The notes beneath the pieces are model-generated. The model was not told the origin of the DNA and did no database searches. It was given only the letters and a program-made list of their open reading frames with translations. This document shows positions 13,721 to 27,362 of a DNA stretch of 64,000 nucleotides, piece by piece (positions within the stretch are counted from its first letter, which is position 1; each line of letters opens with the position of its first letter). The position numbers were made by a program, and so were the translations under genes. The stretch comes from Lytechinus pictus (lineage: Eukaryota), in assembly GCF_037042905.1 (NCBI RefSeq), contig NC_087263.1:10540001-10604000 (forward strand), in the 5' to 3' direction.

Positions 13721-13963
13721 CACTGCAAAAACTGCGGCGTTAATTTAACACCAGTCCGGAATCTATATATGACCACACCAGAGAAGTGTTAAAACAACAC
13801 CGGTTTTGTTTTGGACTAATTCCAGATAGGCGTTTGTACAACATCAAGTAATGTTAAAACAACATCGATTTGATTTCAAGCCGGTGTTGTTTTAACACTT
13901 TTTTGGTGTGGTCATATATAGATTCCGGACTGGTGTTAAATTAACATCGCAGTTTTTGCAGGG
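13721..13963. mobile_element. CACTGCAAAAA MITE family, copy 1 (TSD TA)
   Basis: Long imperfect palindrome with many ACACCAG/CTGGTGT motifs; the uninterrupted host repeat is visible at ~63217-63345. Confidence 0.85.
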
Positions 13964-14673
13964 TACGATCATTGCTTATACCCAGTTCCCACTGTCACGA
14001 CGCACACCACGATGGCAACCGTGGTCTATGGAGAAATCGTAGTGATCATGTCGGGTCGTATCAGATCTTGAGGTTAGTCGTGTCAATCGTCATGATTGTG
14101 AAATAAATTTTGGACAGCTCAAAAACTTTCGCGATCAGCAAACAAAAGGCTAATCGTGACAGATCGCACGCCGACAGTGGGAACGAGCTTTTAGCTTTCT
14201 GGTGTGAATCACTTACCACAAGAAAAGGATCACCATAAGTTCGTTAGGGTGCTGGTAATTGCAAACCGCTTGATGACACGCCCACCAGTTGCCCGTTTCA
14301 TCAAGAGATACAACTGTTGTAACTTTGCCATTACGGCAACTACCATGGCAACAGGGTTCAGCAGCCAATCAAAATCAAGGTTATCATGGTAGATGTCATT
14401 ATTGCAAAATTACAACAGTTGCAACTTTTTTATGAAACGGGTCCCAGGTGTTGTAAATGTTTACCGGCGGGAAGGAGTTCCACTGAAAACTGTGAACGTC
14501 GAAATCGGTAGCCTAGCTTCCCAGGTCGAGGTGACCCGTATTCCGAATTCCGATTTAACTTAGGCCTTGGTGTATTTCTGTGTTAAAGTTATGGTAAGGC
14601 TAAAATTCCGAAACTGCACTTATATATCATGTTTTCTAATTCAGTCATTATCCCTACTCAGATAATACATGGT

Positions 14674-15249
14674 TTAAAGGGATGCACCAGGCTGACAAGA
14701 GTATTATTTGAAGTGATAAAGAAAAATCAGACAAACATAACAATGAAAATTTGATTAAAATCGGACATGGAATAACAAAGTTATGGTATTTTGAAGATTT
14801 GCATTGTTCTAGGCATGTCTTCATGAATATTAAATGAGCAAACTGATGATGTCATGTCCCCACTTGTTCTTTTGTATTTCATTATATAAAAGTAGGTTTA
14901 TTCAATTTTTTTCTCCAAGAATTAAAAATATTGGATTGACAACTGCATCAGCTGCAACTTATTTCATAAGAAGGGAGACATAACATTCACACATGTATGA
15001 AAATCAAACAATTATGATTTCATGTATCAACATAAGAAAAAGGAAAGTGGGGATGTGACATCATCAGCACACCTAATGAATATTCATGACGACGTGCATA
15101 TAACTGTTATCACAATATATTGCTAAACTCTAAAATCAATAACTTCGCTATTTGTTTTCAGATTTTGAAGGGATTTTTTTGCGTTTTGCTCTGTGAATTT
15201 TGCTTTATTTCTTCACATATAAATATTTTCAGCCCGGAGTATCCCTTAA
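14674..15249. mobile_element. TTAA-flanked non-autonomous DNA transposon (Kolobok-like)
   Basis: ttaaAGGGATGCACCAGGCTGA...TCAGCCCGGAGTATCCCttaa; internal motifs (gatgtca, aaaatcgg, aaagttat) shared with the other copies. Confidence 0.7.
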
Positions 15250-17127
15250 GTGTCAAATGAGCTTACAAATAGAAATTGTACTGTTACGGATAGTGCCTTA
15301 GTTGGAAATCCATAGTTGTTTTGGTTGTACCACAAGTCCATCCACATCTCGAGACCGAAGTTTGAATTAAACCTGATTTCAGAATACGGGCCATTGAGTT
15401 CCTAACAATGTGGATGTGCTCGCAATGAAGATGCCATTTATTATCACCATTAAGGAGAAAAGGAATTGTCAAACGTCTTGAATTAAGACAGACGGGGCAA
15501 GATGGCTGTATGTAAATGTCATCTCACAAATGTTCAACTCGGATAAGAAGATGATGCATTTCATCACCGGCACCCCACCCCCTTCTCCGACAGTCTCGCG
15601 TTTGTCCTCCGGAGAGCGAATCTACTTAAGTTTAGTCAGTGATTGTCACAGACTAATTTGATCCTAGCCAATCATATTTAAGGATTACAGTAGCTTACAA
15701 CATCTGTCGATGAATATCACTGGCAACGCTCTCCATGATACGCTCCCAAGGCTTAGAACAGAGAACTACGAAAAAACCCTATTGGCCTATCCTCTTGCGT
15801 CCCGCCTGATTCAATTCGTTATACCCGGATAAAAGTAACATTCCTTTCTTCATTTTCAGTATCCAATAGAGCATTTTCATCCTTGTTTAAAACGCCTGCT
15901 AATCCCAAACCTGATGGTTTAACTTGTGTAACCTGTATCCTAATACTGTGAGCAAATCCATTAATTTGCTCACACGTGTTAATCATGAAAAATATACCAT
16001 CAACAACAATCATATCATTTATCATTTTCTCATTCTTTTAACGTCTCAAGAAAAACACACATTGATACTAATGGAATCTTGACTTTGGAACTTCTCGCTA
16101 TTTGTTAAAAACATGCATACCAATCAATCAGCACTCACATCAATAAACCAAATTCATAACCTTTTCATAAAGTTTGAAATTACAAAATACCTACTTTTAC
16201 GCTGGCTTAACAGCGATAATCAAGGAGTTTTAACTGCTGTAATCATTAGAAAGTTCAAGGGGGGGGGGGGGATATTTCCATGATTTCTTGCTGAATATTC
16301 TTTATTTGAGACCGTCATGACATTGTGTGCCATTCAATCCTCTATAAATGCCAAATTAATGACCTTGTTATTAAAAAAGAATGGTATGACAAACACAGTT
16401 ATGACGCTCTTTTGCAAATATTGTCTTTTGTTCTTTTAAAAGCAAATCGAAACCACTTAACACTTTCGGAACGATGTGAAAAAGGAGAACAATACAACAA
16501 TAGAAGTTTTATAGATTTTCGGTGCTTAGTTAGCTGCTTGATATCTTCTTTAAGAAAAAAATTATTAAAGTCAAGAAATTCTTAAATAAGATTTAGTGCA
16601 TATATCACCAACCTAAATTATTTAAACTTTTTTTGCAGGAGTTTCTGCATTTATTGTAAAGTCAAAATAAATTTACAATACATAAACATAATCGTAGTAT
16701 GACATTTAAGTACATTGCAATGTGACAAATTTATATCAGTGTCATAACAAAATTTTGACATGAATACAATTTAAGGATAAGACAAAGTAGTGAAATACAA
16801 ATGTAGTGGCAAACTTATGTAAGCAAAATAAATGCTAGAATAATAGCAGCCAAAACCTTAAAGACATGTTGCACAAAAAAAAATGCATTAATTTTTTTTT
16901 CGGATAAGAGTGATGAAAATTCTACACTCCCTTAACATTTACCTTCGGAAATAATAGATTAAACAATATCACTTGTTATTTGGGGGATTTGTCTGTTGTG
17001 GTTAAGACTTAGCTTCTTAAAATCACGAAGATATTGTGCAAATGAATTCACGCCTAAAGAGTGGGTGTTCTTATACTCTCTAAAACATAGCTTTACCCAA
17101 TATTGGGTAAAAACATGCATGTTGGTT

Positions 17128-17505
17128 GATAATAATAATAGCCAATTTTTATAAAGCGCTTTTCCCAGAATGGCTCAAAGCGCGTTACAGCATATTATTA
17201 CCCCGGTCATTGGATTAATTTCAATCCCGCACGAAAAGTGCACAACTTCCACTCCCTGGGGAGCATTCCTTGCATTCATCGCAGCCTCATTATGGCGCTG
17301 GCAAAATCAAACATACAATATCTTTCGCATCCTACCGGGTACCCATTTAGCACCTGGGTCGAGAGTGGCAAAGTGTGGATTAACGTCTTGCCAAAGGACG
17401 CTAGACCGCGGTGGGATTCGAACACACGGCCCTCTGTTTACAAGGCGAGAGTCAGAACCACTACACCACGGCTCTTCCATGGCTCTTCCACGGCTCTTCC
17501 ACGGC
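17128..17505 (-). mobile_element. tRNA-derived SINE inserted in a CACTCT-type MITE
   Basis: Reverse-complement SINE head (gttcgaatccc), central domain and (taa)n tail; flanked by the two halves of the element at ~17075-17605. Confidence 0.75.
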
Positions 17506-18109
17506 TGATACCAAATATTTTGTAAATTTTACGCAATGTTGCGTTGCAATTTACCCTTACTACAAGCATTTTGCCCAATATGGGGTAAAAAATGTTTTTA
17601 GAGTGTTTACGACAAAATGACATTTTTTTTCTTTTGCACATTACAGAGTCAAAATCATAAACATTAGTTATACAGAAAAATAACACTTATTTGTTTGTGT
17701 ACTCAATTGATGAGACCCACGGCCAAATCATGCCAAAAGCACTAAGCTCAGTCAAAGCAGATTAAACAATGTGATCATTGGTTCACATTGTTACTTCTGA
17801 TTCTTCCTTTAAAGTTGAGAAGTGTCAGATCTCGTGCAATTCAACTCACGATTCACGAATTAAAACAATGAAAGCTTAGTAATGTGACTAAATATTACTC
17901 ATTCGGGGATTACCTCATTTTACCCCCACCCCAACTGTGCTATCCTTGCACAAAAACCATTGTTTTTAATCCAAGACCCAGTCTGAGCCCTCTGCTTTCC
18001 CCCAAGTGCTGGCATCAATTGTTGACATATATTCAACAAAAGAGTGTATATATTGTGCAATGTCACCTCTAGTTACAAGGATAAATGTTAGCCAAGCCGA
18101 GGGATATTG

Positions 18110-18117
18110 TATAAATA
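18110..18117 (+). promoter_or_regulatory. Putative TATA box of gene 2
   Basis: gTATAAATAagat 117 nt upstream of the ATG; same context as genes 3 and 4. Confidence 0.6.
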
Positions 18118-18226
18118 AGATCTGAGCATCGATGAGATAGAGTATTATCATCGTCGATGGTTTAAGTGAGTCCTCTAGATATCACTCTTCGAGAAATTAA
18201 CCTCACAGAATCGAGAAGTCGTAAAG

Positions 18227-18720
18227 ATGCGGGCATTTGTTATCGTGGTTTTATGTCTGGCGGCTTTAGCTGCTCATACCCGAGGGCAGGTTCCACCATG
18301 GCAACCGGGAGGGCAGCAGGGAGGACAACCCGGCGGACCACCAGGGGGACAACCCGGCACACAACCAGGGGGACAACCCGGTGTGCAACCAGGGGGACAA
18401 CCAGGGGGACAACCCGGCGTGCCACCCGGTGGGCAACCCGGCGGTCAACCCGGGGGACAACCCGGGGGACAACCTGGCGGACAACCTGGCGGACAACCCG
18501 GGGGACAACCCGGGGGACAACCAGGGGGACAACCTGGCGGACAACCCGGTGGGCCACCCGGCGGACAACCAGGCGGGCCACCCGGTGGGCCACCCGGCGG
18601 GCAACCTGGATGGCAGCCACAACAACCTGCAGGTGGACAGCCAGAGCTACCTCCGAATAATTATTCATGCCCACCGATGTGGATGAAAAGCGATGTGTCA
18701 ATCGGTGGAAGCTGTTATCG
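18227..18720 (+). CDS. Divergent SM30-family gene 2, exon 1 (signal peptide + (QPGG)n repeat)
   Basis: MRAFVIVVLCLAALAAHTRG|Q signal peptide; about 25 QPGG/PPGG units; CPPMW...GSCYR; donor CG|GTAAGT at 18720/18721, same phase and position as gene 1. Confidence 0.9.
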
Positions 18721-18967
18721 GTAAGTTTTCTTTCTGCTCTCTTCTCATTCCAATTTTGCCACACATTCCTTCGTAATCTTGTTCGGAATAAAATTAGAAC
18801 ATGAAATTTGTACATAAATGGTAGTAGAGAGTTTTCGTAACTGCACCGGGGATGAATTCAAGAACACAGTAAATCTATTGAAAATGGCCGCCAAATGACG
18901 ATGAACAGCTGGGAGTTTTTTCCCCGAATATTTGTGAACCAGAACAGCAGTTTCGTCCTCAATTTGT

Positions 18968-19487
18968 GGAAGCGCCGTGGTGTAGAGGTTCTGACTTTCG
19001 CCTTGTAATCAGAGGGTCGTGTGATCGAATCCCATATGGCCTAGTGTCCTTTGGCAAGGCGTCAATCCACAATTTGCCACTCTCCACCCAGGTGTTAAAT
19101 GGGTACCCGGTAGGATCCCAAAGGCTATGTAGTATGCCTAGCAATTGAGTCTTGGAACTCTTGTTGGAATGCTCCCCAGGGAGTGGAGAATGTGCACTGT
19201 AAAAAAAAAATTAAGTGCTAATTTAGCACTGACAGTGCTTGTATAGTGACTGCACTACGAGTGCCGATTTTATCATTTAAAGTTGAACAAGAAAATCAGC
19301 ACTCGTAGTGCAGTCACTATACAAGCACTATAAGTGCTAAATTAGCACTTCGTTTTTACAGTGTGCATACATTGTATGCGGGCATGCAAGGATCCGATGA
19401 CCGGGGTAATAATGTATCTGTAAGGCGCTTATAGTCGTCGTTCCGATGTGTTAAGCGCCATATAAATGCCGAATATTATTATTATTA
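18968..19487 (+). mobile_element. tRNA-derived SINE in the gene 2 intron, interrupted by a MITE
   Basis: gcgccgtggtgtagagg head, gatcgaatccc B-box, cacccaggtgttaaatgggtacc core, aagcgccatataaat..tattatt tail. Confidence 0.8.
19195..19363. mobile_element. Palindromic MITE, CACTGTAAAAA...TTTTTACAGTG, 2-bp TSD TG
   Basis: Almost wholly self-complementary 169 nt; TG on both sides; sits inside a SINE. Confidence 0.85.
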
Positions 19488-19693
19488 ATTTTGGAGCCGA
19501 CGAAAAAAATGAAAATATGTCGTTTGTCTAGGGTCCAGGACGAAACTGCTGTTTTAATTTACCAAGTGTTGACAAAGACTTCTTGGTTATTCTTTGTCAT
19601 CGAGGGCCATTTGGCAATAAATTTTCTATGCTCACGAAAGCGTCTTGCGTCGTGGCAGCGGAAACTCCCTACTATATTAATGACCCTAAACCC

Positions 19694-19881
19694 TAGCCTG
19701 CAGGCCCAGACCCTGATTGAAAATTTTATCCACAAGTGTGTCTCCACGCAAAGACTAGCACATGCAAAACTTGCTGTTTCAAGGCCTTCAGTACACAGGG
19801 CATGAGTTGGCTGCAATTCAGACCCTTATTAGTTTGCTTTGCAAACCCCTCACTCGAGTAAAGGGTTTGCACAGCAGACTA
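19694..19881 (+). repeat. Dispersed ~180-nt repeat; other copies at ~13108-13280 and ~13437-13600
   Basis: tag(c/t)ct(g/a)cagg..accctgattgaa..aagactagca..gctgtttca..ggctgc..gggtt(t)gcac in all three copies. Confidence 0.75.
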
Positions 19882-21041
19882 TCTTAACCCGGGTCTTTAA
19901 ACCAGGGGCGGTTACCATGACTACACCCACAATGGGTACACGATCGCAGTCACATCTGACTAGTTACGTTATTCTGCAGCAATGGAGCTGCAGTGCCATT
20001 TAGTGACACAGACGGAAAATAAAACAAAAACTTTTTTTAAAGAAAAACTTTGAACACATAAGAGTAGACAATCAGCTAAATATCAGTTTGGAAAACGAAA
20101 AAAAAGTCCTGAACATTTAATTGTAAAGATTTGTAATCTCTGTAACTATTGACATTTGCCCCATACCTAGTGCCGAAATATGACGTCATAATTTTTTTTT
20201 TTTTGCATTTTTGATTTTTATTTCGGTATAGAATGATGAAATACCCCAAAACCGAAAACGAATGGGAGTCCGTCCATGGGGGCCCAATAAGACATCATGA
20301 ACTCATAATTAGTCTCTTTCAAATCAATGTTTATTGGCCCGGTTCGAAATGATATGAACTAGGCCAATAATACATTGAGGTATATCGGGCTAATTATGTA
20401 TTCACGGGGTCTCATCTGGGCCCCTTTCGACAGAGTCCCACCGGCCACCAAACTTGGTTTATGAGTGTTTTTCATCATGCACCGTCCAGGTGTGATGTAA
20501 AAACACCGACATTCATATTTTGGGTGACATCATCTCATCGGTACTCTATAATTGTAGGGCAGGGTAAACTCTTCTATTTCCTCAAAACAATCACTGACAA
20601 AAACGTATTGTTATTTTTCACACTTTTACTTTGGAGACATTAATGTGTTAATATTTTCATGGTTTTAGTGAAAGTTCTATTTGTCTTCTGAGGATATATT
20701 TACTTCTTTACTTTTGAAATAAGAAAGCTGCATACTTGGATAATGTAAGATATGGGACTCCCCCACCACAGGGTATTAGAAACTACATTTATTATTTTGT
20801 TCCACCCTTTCCGAGTTGTGTTTCACTCGAAATGCATCTTAAGCTAGTACTGCGGATTTCGTTGCTTTCAATACCGGGGAGAAAATTAACTTTTCTGTTA
20901 ATATTGCAAAATAATGTTTCATTTTTTTAATGAAAAGTGATTCACCAAACTCTATGTAAGTTATCTTTCGAGGATAGGTCATGAACGAACAATACTGCCT
21001 TTCCTTCTGCACAGTTTTGTTCACGATGAGGTCACATTTAA

Positions 21042-21633
21042 TAAAGGACAAGTCCACCCCATAAAAAGATGATTTTAATAAAAGGAGAAAAATCCAACTA
21101 GCATAACACTGAAAATTTCATCAAAATCGGATGTAAAATAAGAAAGTTACAGCATTTCGCTTGATTTTACAAAACAGTTATATGCACATCCTGGTCGGTA
21201 AGCAGATGGGCTGACTGATGACGTCACCCACTCACTATTTCCTTTTGTATTTTATTATATGAAATATGAAATTTTTTTAATTTCTCCTCATTGTCATGTG
21301 AAACAAAATAGTATTCCTCCCTGAACATATTGAATTGGCATTGTTTAATACTTAATGGTTAAGTCAGGTTGGTCCTTAATTTTCAAATCTGTAAAAATTG
21401 AAATATTCTATAATTCGAACAATAAAAAACAAAAGAAATTGTGAGGGACATCATCGTCTGTCTCATTTGCATATCACTGTGTTGTGCATATAACTGTTGT
21501 GTGAAAAATAAGTGAAACCTAAAAATATCATAACTTTCTTATTTTACATCCGATTTTCAGCTCAGCGTTATGCTTGTTCGATTTTTCTATATCGATTCAA
21601 ATCAACAATTTTCTTAAGTGGACTTGACCTTAA
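21042..21633. mobile_element. TTAA-type non-autonomous DNA transposon in the gene 2 intron
   Basis: taaAGGACAAGTCCAC...GTGGACTTGACCttaa; long TIRs. Confidence 0.7.
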
Positions 21634-22130
21634 CATTAATCTACCTTAAACCAAACTGAGATTACGCCGTTGAAAATAACGTAATTGCTTTGATCGCTTT
21701 CGTGTGACTGTGACATTTCGAATATGATGCAATGACGATCTATCGTGAAGGCGAGATCATAGTTTTTGCTCTGCGACGCACGACAAATTAAAAAAGAAGT
21801 AAATCTATCGCAAAATCAACATCAACTGACAATGAAAAGCAGGAACGTCTTCGTCGAAAATTGGTGAATTGAAACAGCAGTTTAAATAGTATTTGATTCT
21901 GCCCGTACTTATCTTCAAAGGGGAGGGAATAAATTTCAGAAACTGGCATAATTACTCTCCCCAAAATGTGTCAAAATATGAGGGTTATACTTGTCCATAT
22001 TGGCCTGGCCTGGGGAGGGGAAGCGCCCCAACCCCCACCCCATCGGTACGCCTCTAAATAATGATATTGTAATTAAAAAGACAACTAATCATTTTCTGAT
22101 AAGGCAAACATTTCTCTCAATTTGTTTCAG

Positions 22131-22731
22131 TTTTTCAAGCGGACCCATACGTTCCCGCCAAAGTAGGCCGTGGGCCGCTCCCGGGTTTTTTGAAGGACTC
22201 ATGCAGCCAGATGCCCAGCGGGCGTGTGAAAATATGATGCCTGGTGCCCACCTTGCAACAATCAACTCCGTAGCAGAGAACGAATACATTTTTAAGTGGG
22301 TGGTAGATATGATGGGCACCCAGGCTCCCCCGACCTGGATCGGTGCTTACACCGACCTCATGGGCCGGCAACAGTGGCACGGCGGGCAACAGGGCCTGAA
22401 CCCAGGATTGTGGGAAGAACCACCACAGGCCAATGAAGGTGCAGTTATGTTCGACGTTCAATCAAGAGCCCAATGGAATACCCCGCTTGACCTCGAGCCA
22501 GTTTGGAAACGAGAGGATGTTGAAAACTTCCGACACTTCATCTGTGAGTTCACCCCAACAGCGCCATCCGCGCCCCAGGAACCTCCTGCTCAAAGGCCAC
22601 TCCTGCTCAACAGCCGCAACAATCCTGTAGGCATTCGCAGACAAGACGCCTTCGGAGGATCCCGCCTTCATGAGATTCTTCGTAGACCTTCCAACTTAAG
22701 AATGAGCCCGTATCTAGCAGTACGGCCTTGA
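22131..22731 (+). CDS. Divergent SM30-family gene 2, exon 2 (CTL domain + basic tail); spliced protein 364 aa
   Basis: Acceptor tttgtttcag|T at 22130/22131 is in frame; AQRACENMMPGAHLATINSVAENEYI, WIGAY, HFICEF; tail FGGSRLHEILRRPSNLRMSPYLAVRP*. 494+601=1095 nt. Confidence 0.9.
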
Positions 22732-23984
22732 GGCTTTACAGCAACCCCTTGAACTTCTTTGTGATAAGAATGCTACACTCACACCGACAAAACCGACTCC
22801 AACTCGACCGATTACATACCGTTCGAAGCAATCTAATAGCTTTGATCGTTCTGGAGTAGAACCCGTTGGCGTGATCTTACCATAAACTATTACTTACATT
22901 CATTCAGGCATATTGAAACACATCATCCACTGCTAGTCGAATCTGAATCGGGCTCTCTGGTCCCGCTGATGGTCTTGTGCAACAACGAAGACTTGTTCTA
23001 CACCGCGGGTTTTAACGCAGCAACAGCAACACGCATATCAAGGACGATTATAGTGAAATGTGACACCATTCCAGAAAAAAATACTAAAATTAATTTGACC
23101 AATTTTTGCTTTTAATCAGGTTGTTATCCATACACTTATGAATCTTTCTGCTATGTCCTCCGTTTAACAAGTGTCTGACTAAATTCGTTCGATCCCTTCC
23201 TTGTCTACGGACAAGAAAAGGGACCATACTTCATGCCTTCAGAGAACTGTTATCTAGAGAAATTAGTATGCAATCGTATGGCAATAGAAGAAGGAAACAA
23301 ATATGCTTGCAAACAAAGGAGCTTTTTGTGTGTTATGTATCGAACTTGACTGTGATGGACGGAAAAAGAAAATTGCTTATAATAATCCCAAATGAATTAA
23401 AGCAAGTTATACGAGATTGGATATTTTACGTGTGACATCTTTTACCACCATATTTGCATATACTTGAAAAGGCAGGGGTGTTCGACTGATGATTGTAATG
23501 TTCGATACCTATCGGCCCAATGTGCCTTGCCATTTTGCGGCACAAAATCCCCCTCTCGTTCGGCCCTCTACTGATGTCCTAGATAATCTGTGATGTTTGA
23601 AAACTTATTCCATATTTTTTTTTATTTATTCAAACATTAAACGCATTGTGTATATAATAAATATAAGAAATGATTCGTATATCATTAAATGACGTTGAAT
23701 ATGAAAACTGATTTTTTTTCTTTCTTTTGCATCGTTTAAAAAGATAACCAACAAGAGCATGAGAACAAGAACCTGAAATAGAGAACGCAAAAATGAGAAT
23801 CATCCCTACTTCATTTAAAGCCCCACTTAGCCCCTTTCGCAATTGACGTACGACCATTTGCGACCTTTTGGTCGCGCGACAGGCTGCAACAGGCATCAAT
23901 CCCTATCTATCTAATAAGATCGCAGAAAGGCATTCACAATTGCAACAACTGTCAAACAACAAAAGCAATACAGCTTTCACAAAT

Positions 23985-24564
23985 GGGGGGGGGGGGGGTG
24001 AACATTTTTACCCATATTTTCCCCGATCGGGCGCTCAAAGTTGATTTTTGTTTGTTTCTTTGAAAGGGTAGCCCTCAGCTTTATTCTTACATATAACACA
24101 ACATAAATATGAAATAATCTCATAGGCCCCACTTAAATAGTGGGAGAGCGGCTATTTTTTTTTTTTTTTTTTTTTTGGGGGGGGGATTTCATGTATTTTT
24201 TCCTGACTCGAATTTAACATTCTGGCAATGTACGTGATCCTGAACAATATAAGTATGTAACAAAATGATTACTTCGAGTTCCAAGCGCGAGCGAAACATT
24301 TTAATAAACGTTCGGGCCTGATCGAAAAGGGACCTGTTAAGGACTGTTTGCAGTTACCCATGAAGTCGATACATATTTCAACAATTGAATAGTGCGATCG
24401 CGGAGCGCGAGCTGAAAATTTTTACATTTCGACCCAAAAATGGTCCTTCTAAGCTTTTTTGTAATCATGAAAGGGAAAGGTATGTAACAAAACAATATTG
24501 GGCTATCCTGTCAAGGTATTTCCTCAATTTCATTGTAATCTCCTGTGATATTCTTGACGAATAA

Positions 24565-24609
<45 letters not shown>

Positions 24610-25115
24610 ATGCAGGCGCGAAGTGCGAGCGAAAGAAAATTGAGATTTTAGACCTAAAAACGATATTGTTGTTGTTGATAAAATGTAATGAAAATTTTAA
24701 GTAGCTTGTTGTAGAATTAATATAGTTATAAATAACTCATCAATCAAAACGCAAGCGCGCAGCGCTATAGCGGATAGGCCTACGTTTTGACAATCACACC
24801 TGTAAAGGGATATTTTGAAAACGTTATCATACACGAAGCTAATCAAATAATGCGAGCGCGCAGCATGAGCTGAAAATGTTGATATTTAGACCATTATCAT
24901 AATTATCGAACAGGCAATGCGAGCGCATAGCGTGAGCGAAAATTTCATATAGTGACGTGTAATATATTTTTTTCAAATCTTCCCCTCATCTTATTTTATA
25001 TTAACTCGTCTTCCTCCTCTTATTTCCTCCCTTTTCCTTCTTTCTTTCTCCCTTTTCCCTTTTTTTTGCTCCGCCAAGGGGGGGGGGGGGGGTTGCCTTG
25101 GGTCGCCTATGTGTG
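23985..25115. repeat. Poly-G-bounded repeat with periodic GCGAGCGCG(A)AGCGCGAGC motifs, probable DNA-transposon derivative
   Basis: The motif recurs at ~24284, 24394, 24612, 24750, 24852 and 24918; includes (ATCA)n at 24566-24608; a fragment also lies at ~10015-10130. Confidence 0.5.
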
Positions 25116-26367
25116 AATAACATATGGGCATAGTGATTATTGGGTTAAGCACGAAATGTAAATGATGCTGGAACTTGGGCCCTACCATTTTCCCCCCAGC
25201 AAAATATCTATTTTCAGTGGGGGGGGGGGGGAGGGCACCTGGGGGCACACCAAAACTCGGGGGGGGGGGGTGGCACCTGCCCCCCCCCGTAGCTTCGCCC
25301 CTGAGTAAGATGGCCACACCAAACATTTAACACCAGCCGTGAATTCATGGTGTTAGTTCAATACCCTCTGGTGTTATGACTATATGTTATAATAATTATA
25401 CCCGGGGTTGCGGTCCTCTCACAGCAGTGTTTGGTGGTGTTTGGTGTTTTTAACTGGGGTGGATCCCTCGAGAATCCCCCATCCCCATTTTTTTATATGA
25501 ATTATTCACGTCGCTTGACATGTAGATACGCTTTTGGTTTTCCGAGGAATCCGGTTTGATGTCCATTTGTGGGTGTGTATGTGTGTGTGTGTGTGTGTGA
25601 TCCTTTTAGGAAATAACTATTTAATCGGGGACTGTTAGTGAGACTACTCATCAGAAGATTTAATTCAACAGTGTGGATGTGTCTTGAACTATAAATGTTC
25701 TAGGACCAGTAACACAAAATCACTTTTTAAGTCCCCGCAATATGAGTGGATTCTCTATCTGAAGTGCATTAATAATTCTGCAGTATAATAAAAAAAATGG
25801 TGAAATCTCGAAGGATTTTGACTGAGTAATAGAGGTATAAACTCAACGTTGTGATTTCGTGGGGTCTAAAAATGCAAAAATATTTTTGTTGTGTATTTCT
25901 CGAGACTTTCGAAATGGATAGATAATAATAATAATTACCGTATATTGGATGGCTTTATTTCATGGATTACCAAAAATATTCCACTCGTTAGGGTCAATAT
26001 TCCACTCTTCCTAGATTCGTGGATTGTTTGCTCAATTTCTTGGAATATTTCAGGTATTCCATTCTGAACTAAAAGTGTTATCTACAGATTGTTATATCTT
26101 CCTGTTGGTGTCTGATATACTACGCAGTTCAATGGGTCCAAACATGCTGTATGGACAATACATGATGGAGCGCCATTTCTAAAAAAAGTCGCGAGCGAGC
26201 ACAATTTTGAACCTTATATAAGCCATCTTTGTGATAGATTTTCAAAATACATTCTGAAAATAACATCGCATTTTACCCTTTCTACTGTTTTTTCTTTCTC
26301 TTTCTATTTTTTTGGTGATGTGATTTTTTATTGATCTATCTATCTATCTATCTATCTTGGTATCTAT

Positions 26368-26575
26368 AATAATAATAATAATATAGAGTATTTCTAAAGC
26401 GCCAAATCCACATTTATTATGTGCTCAAGGCGCTGAAATATACTTGGTATATTATTATTACCCCGGCTGTAGCTGAGCGGCCATATAGGCGCTATAGAAG
26501 CATTCAAGGAATAAATCCTACCGGGTACCCATTCACCTCACCACGGTCGAGTGCAGCACAATGTGGATAAATTTA
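26368..26575 (-). mobile_element. 5'-truncated SINE
   Basis: taccgggtacccattcacctcacc..gagtgcagcacaatgtggataaattt core and (aat)n tail, in reverse orientation. Confidence 0.65.
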
Positions 26576-27248
26576 TTTCTATCTATCTGTTTATTTATTT
26601 ATTTATCATTAATATTTTTATTTTCATTTTATTATCAATATTATCATTATCTATTTATCTTTTTTTTTTGCTGGGGGGGGGGGGGAGATGCCCATTCCCT
26701 CCCTTCTGAAAAAATAGATATCTAGTAGATATTCGATAGACCAATTCATTTTTTTTCATAGATATCCCGGCTCCGTGAGGCCTATACACACTTAAAATGT
26801 TGGGCAACATACTGTCCCCTGTGTTGGGTAATGTATGTTATAGTAAAACAAAAAAACACACATATTGTGGGCAATTATCAAATTGAGCAAATTTATTACC
26901 CAGGTATTAATCTTTATTACCCAATTTTGACAGATTTTAACCAATAGTTGTGTGAACAGTACGTTACCTAGGGTTGGTTAAAAGTTTGGCATTTTTTTGC
27001 CCAATTATTTCAAGAGCGTAGTTTTACCTATGTTTATCTTGTAGTCGTGTCAATATACGACAAAAATGTTCCTACCCCAAAATATTTTAACGTTTTTCAA
27101 CGGTTTTTGGTCCAATTTGATCTTAAGGAATGCTATTACGAATATAATTTTACCCTTAAAACATGGTTTAGAAATCTAAATATTTCCCTGTTACTCATAT
27201 TTTTCTTTGTACTTGCTTTTTCAATCCGTTTGAAATGAAGAGAAAAAA

Positions 27249-27362
27249 CCAACCAACCAACCCAGCCCAACCCAACCCACCCACCCACACCCAACCCACC
27301 CCAACCCACCCCACCCCACCCCACCCACGCCAACCCAACCCAATCCACCAACCAACCAACCA
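27249..27362. repeat. (CCAA/CCCAC)n simple repeat just outside the DIRS end
   Basis: Direct read. Confidence 0.9.

Noticed and set aside
21991-22130. N-terminal extensions of the exon-2 ORFs (also 47906-47940) and upstream non-ATG starts at 6018 and 58899
   Set aside because: They are intronic or UTR sequence; splice acceptors and the homologous ATGs define the real frames.
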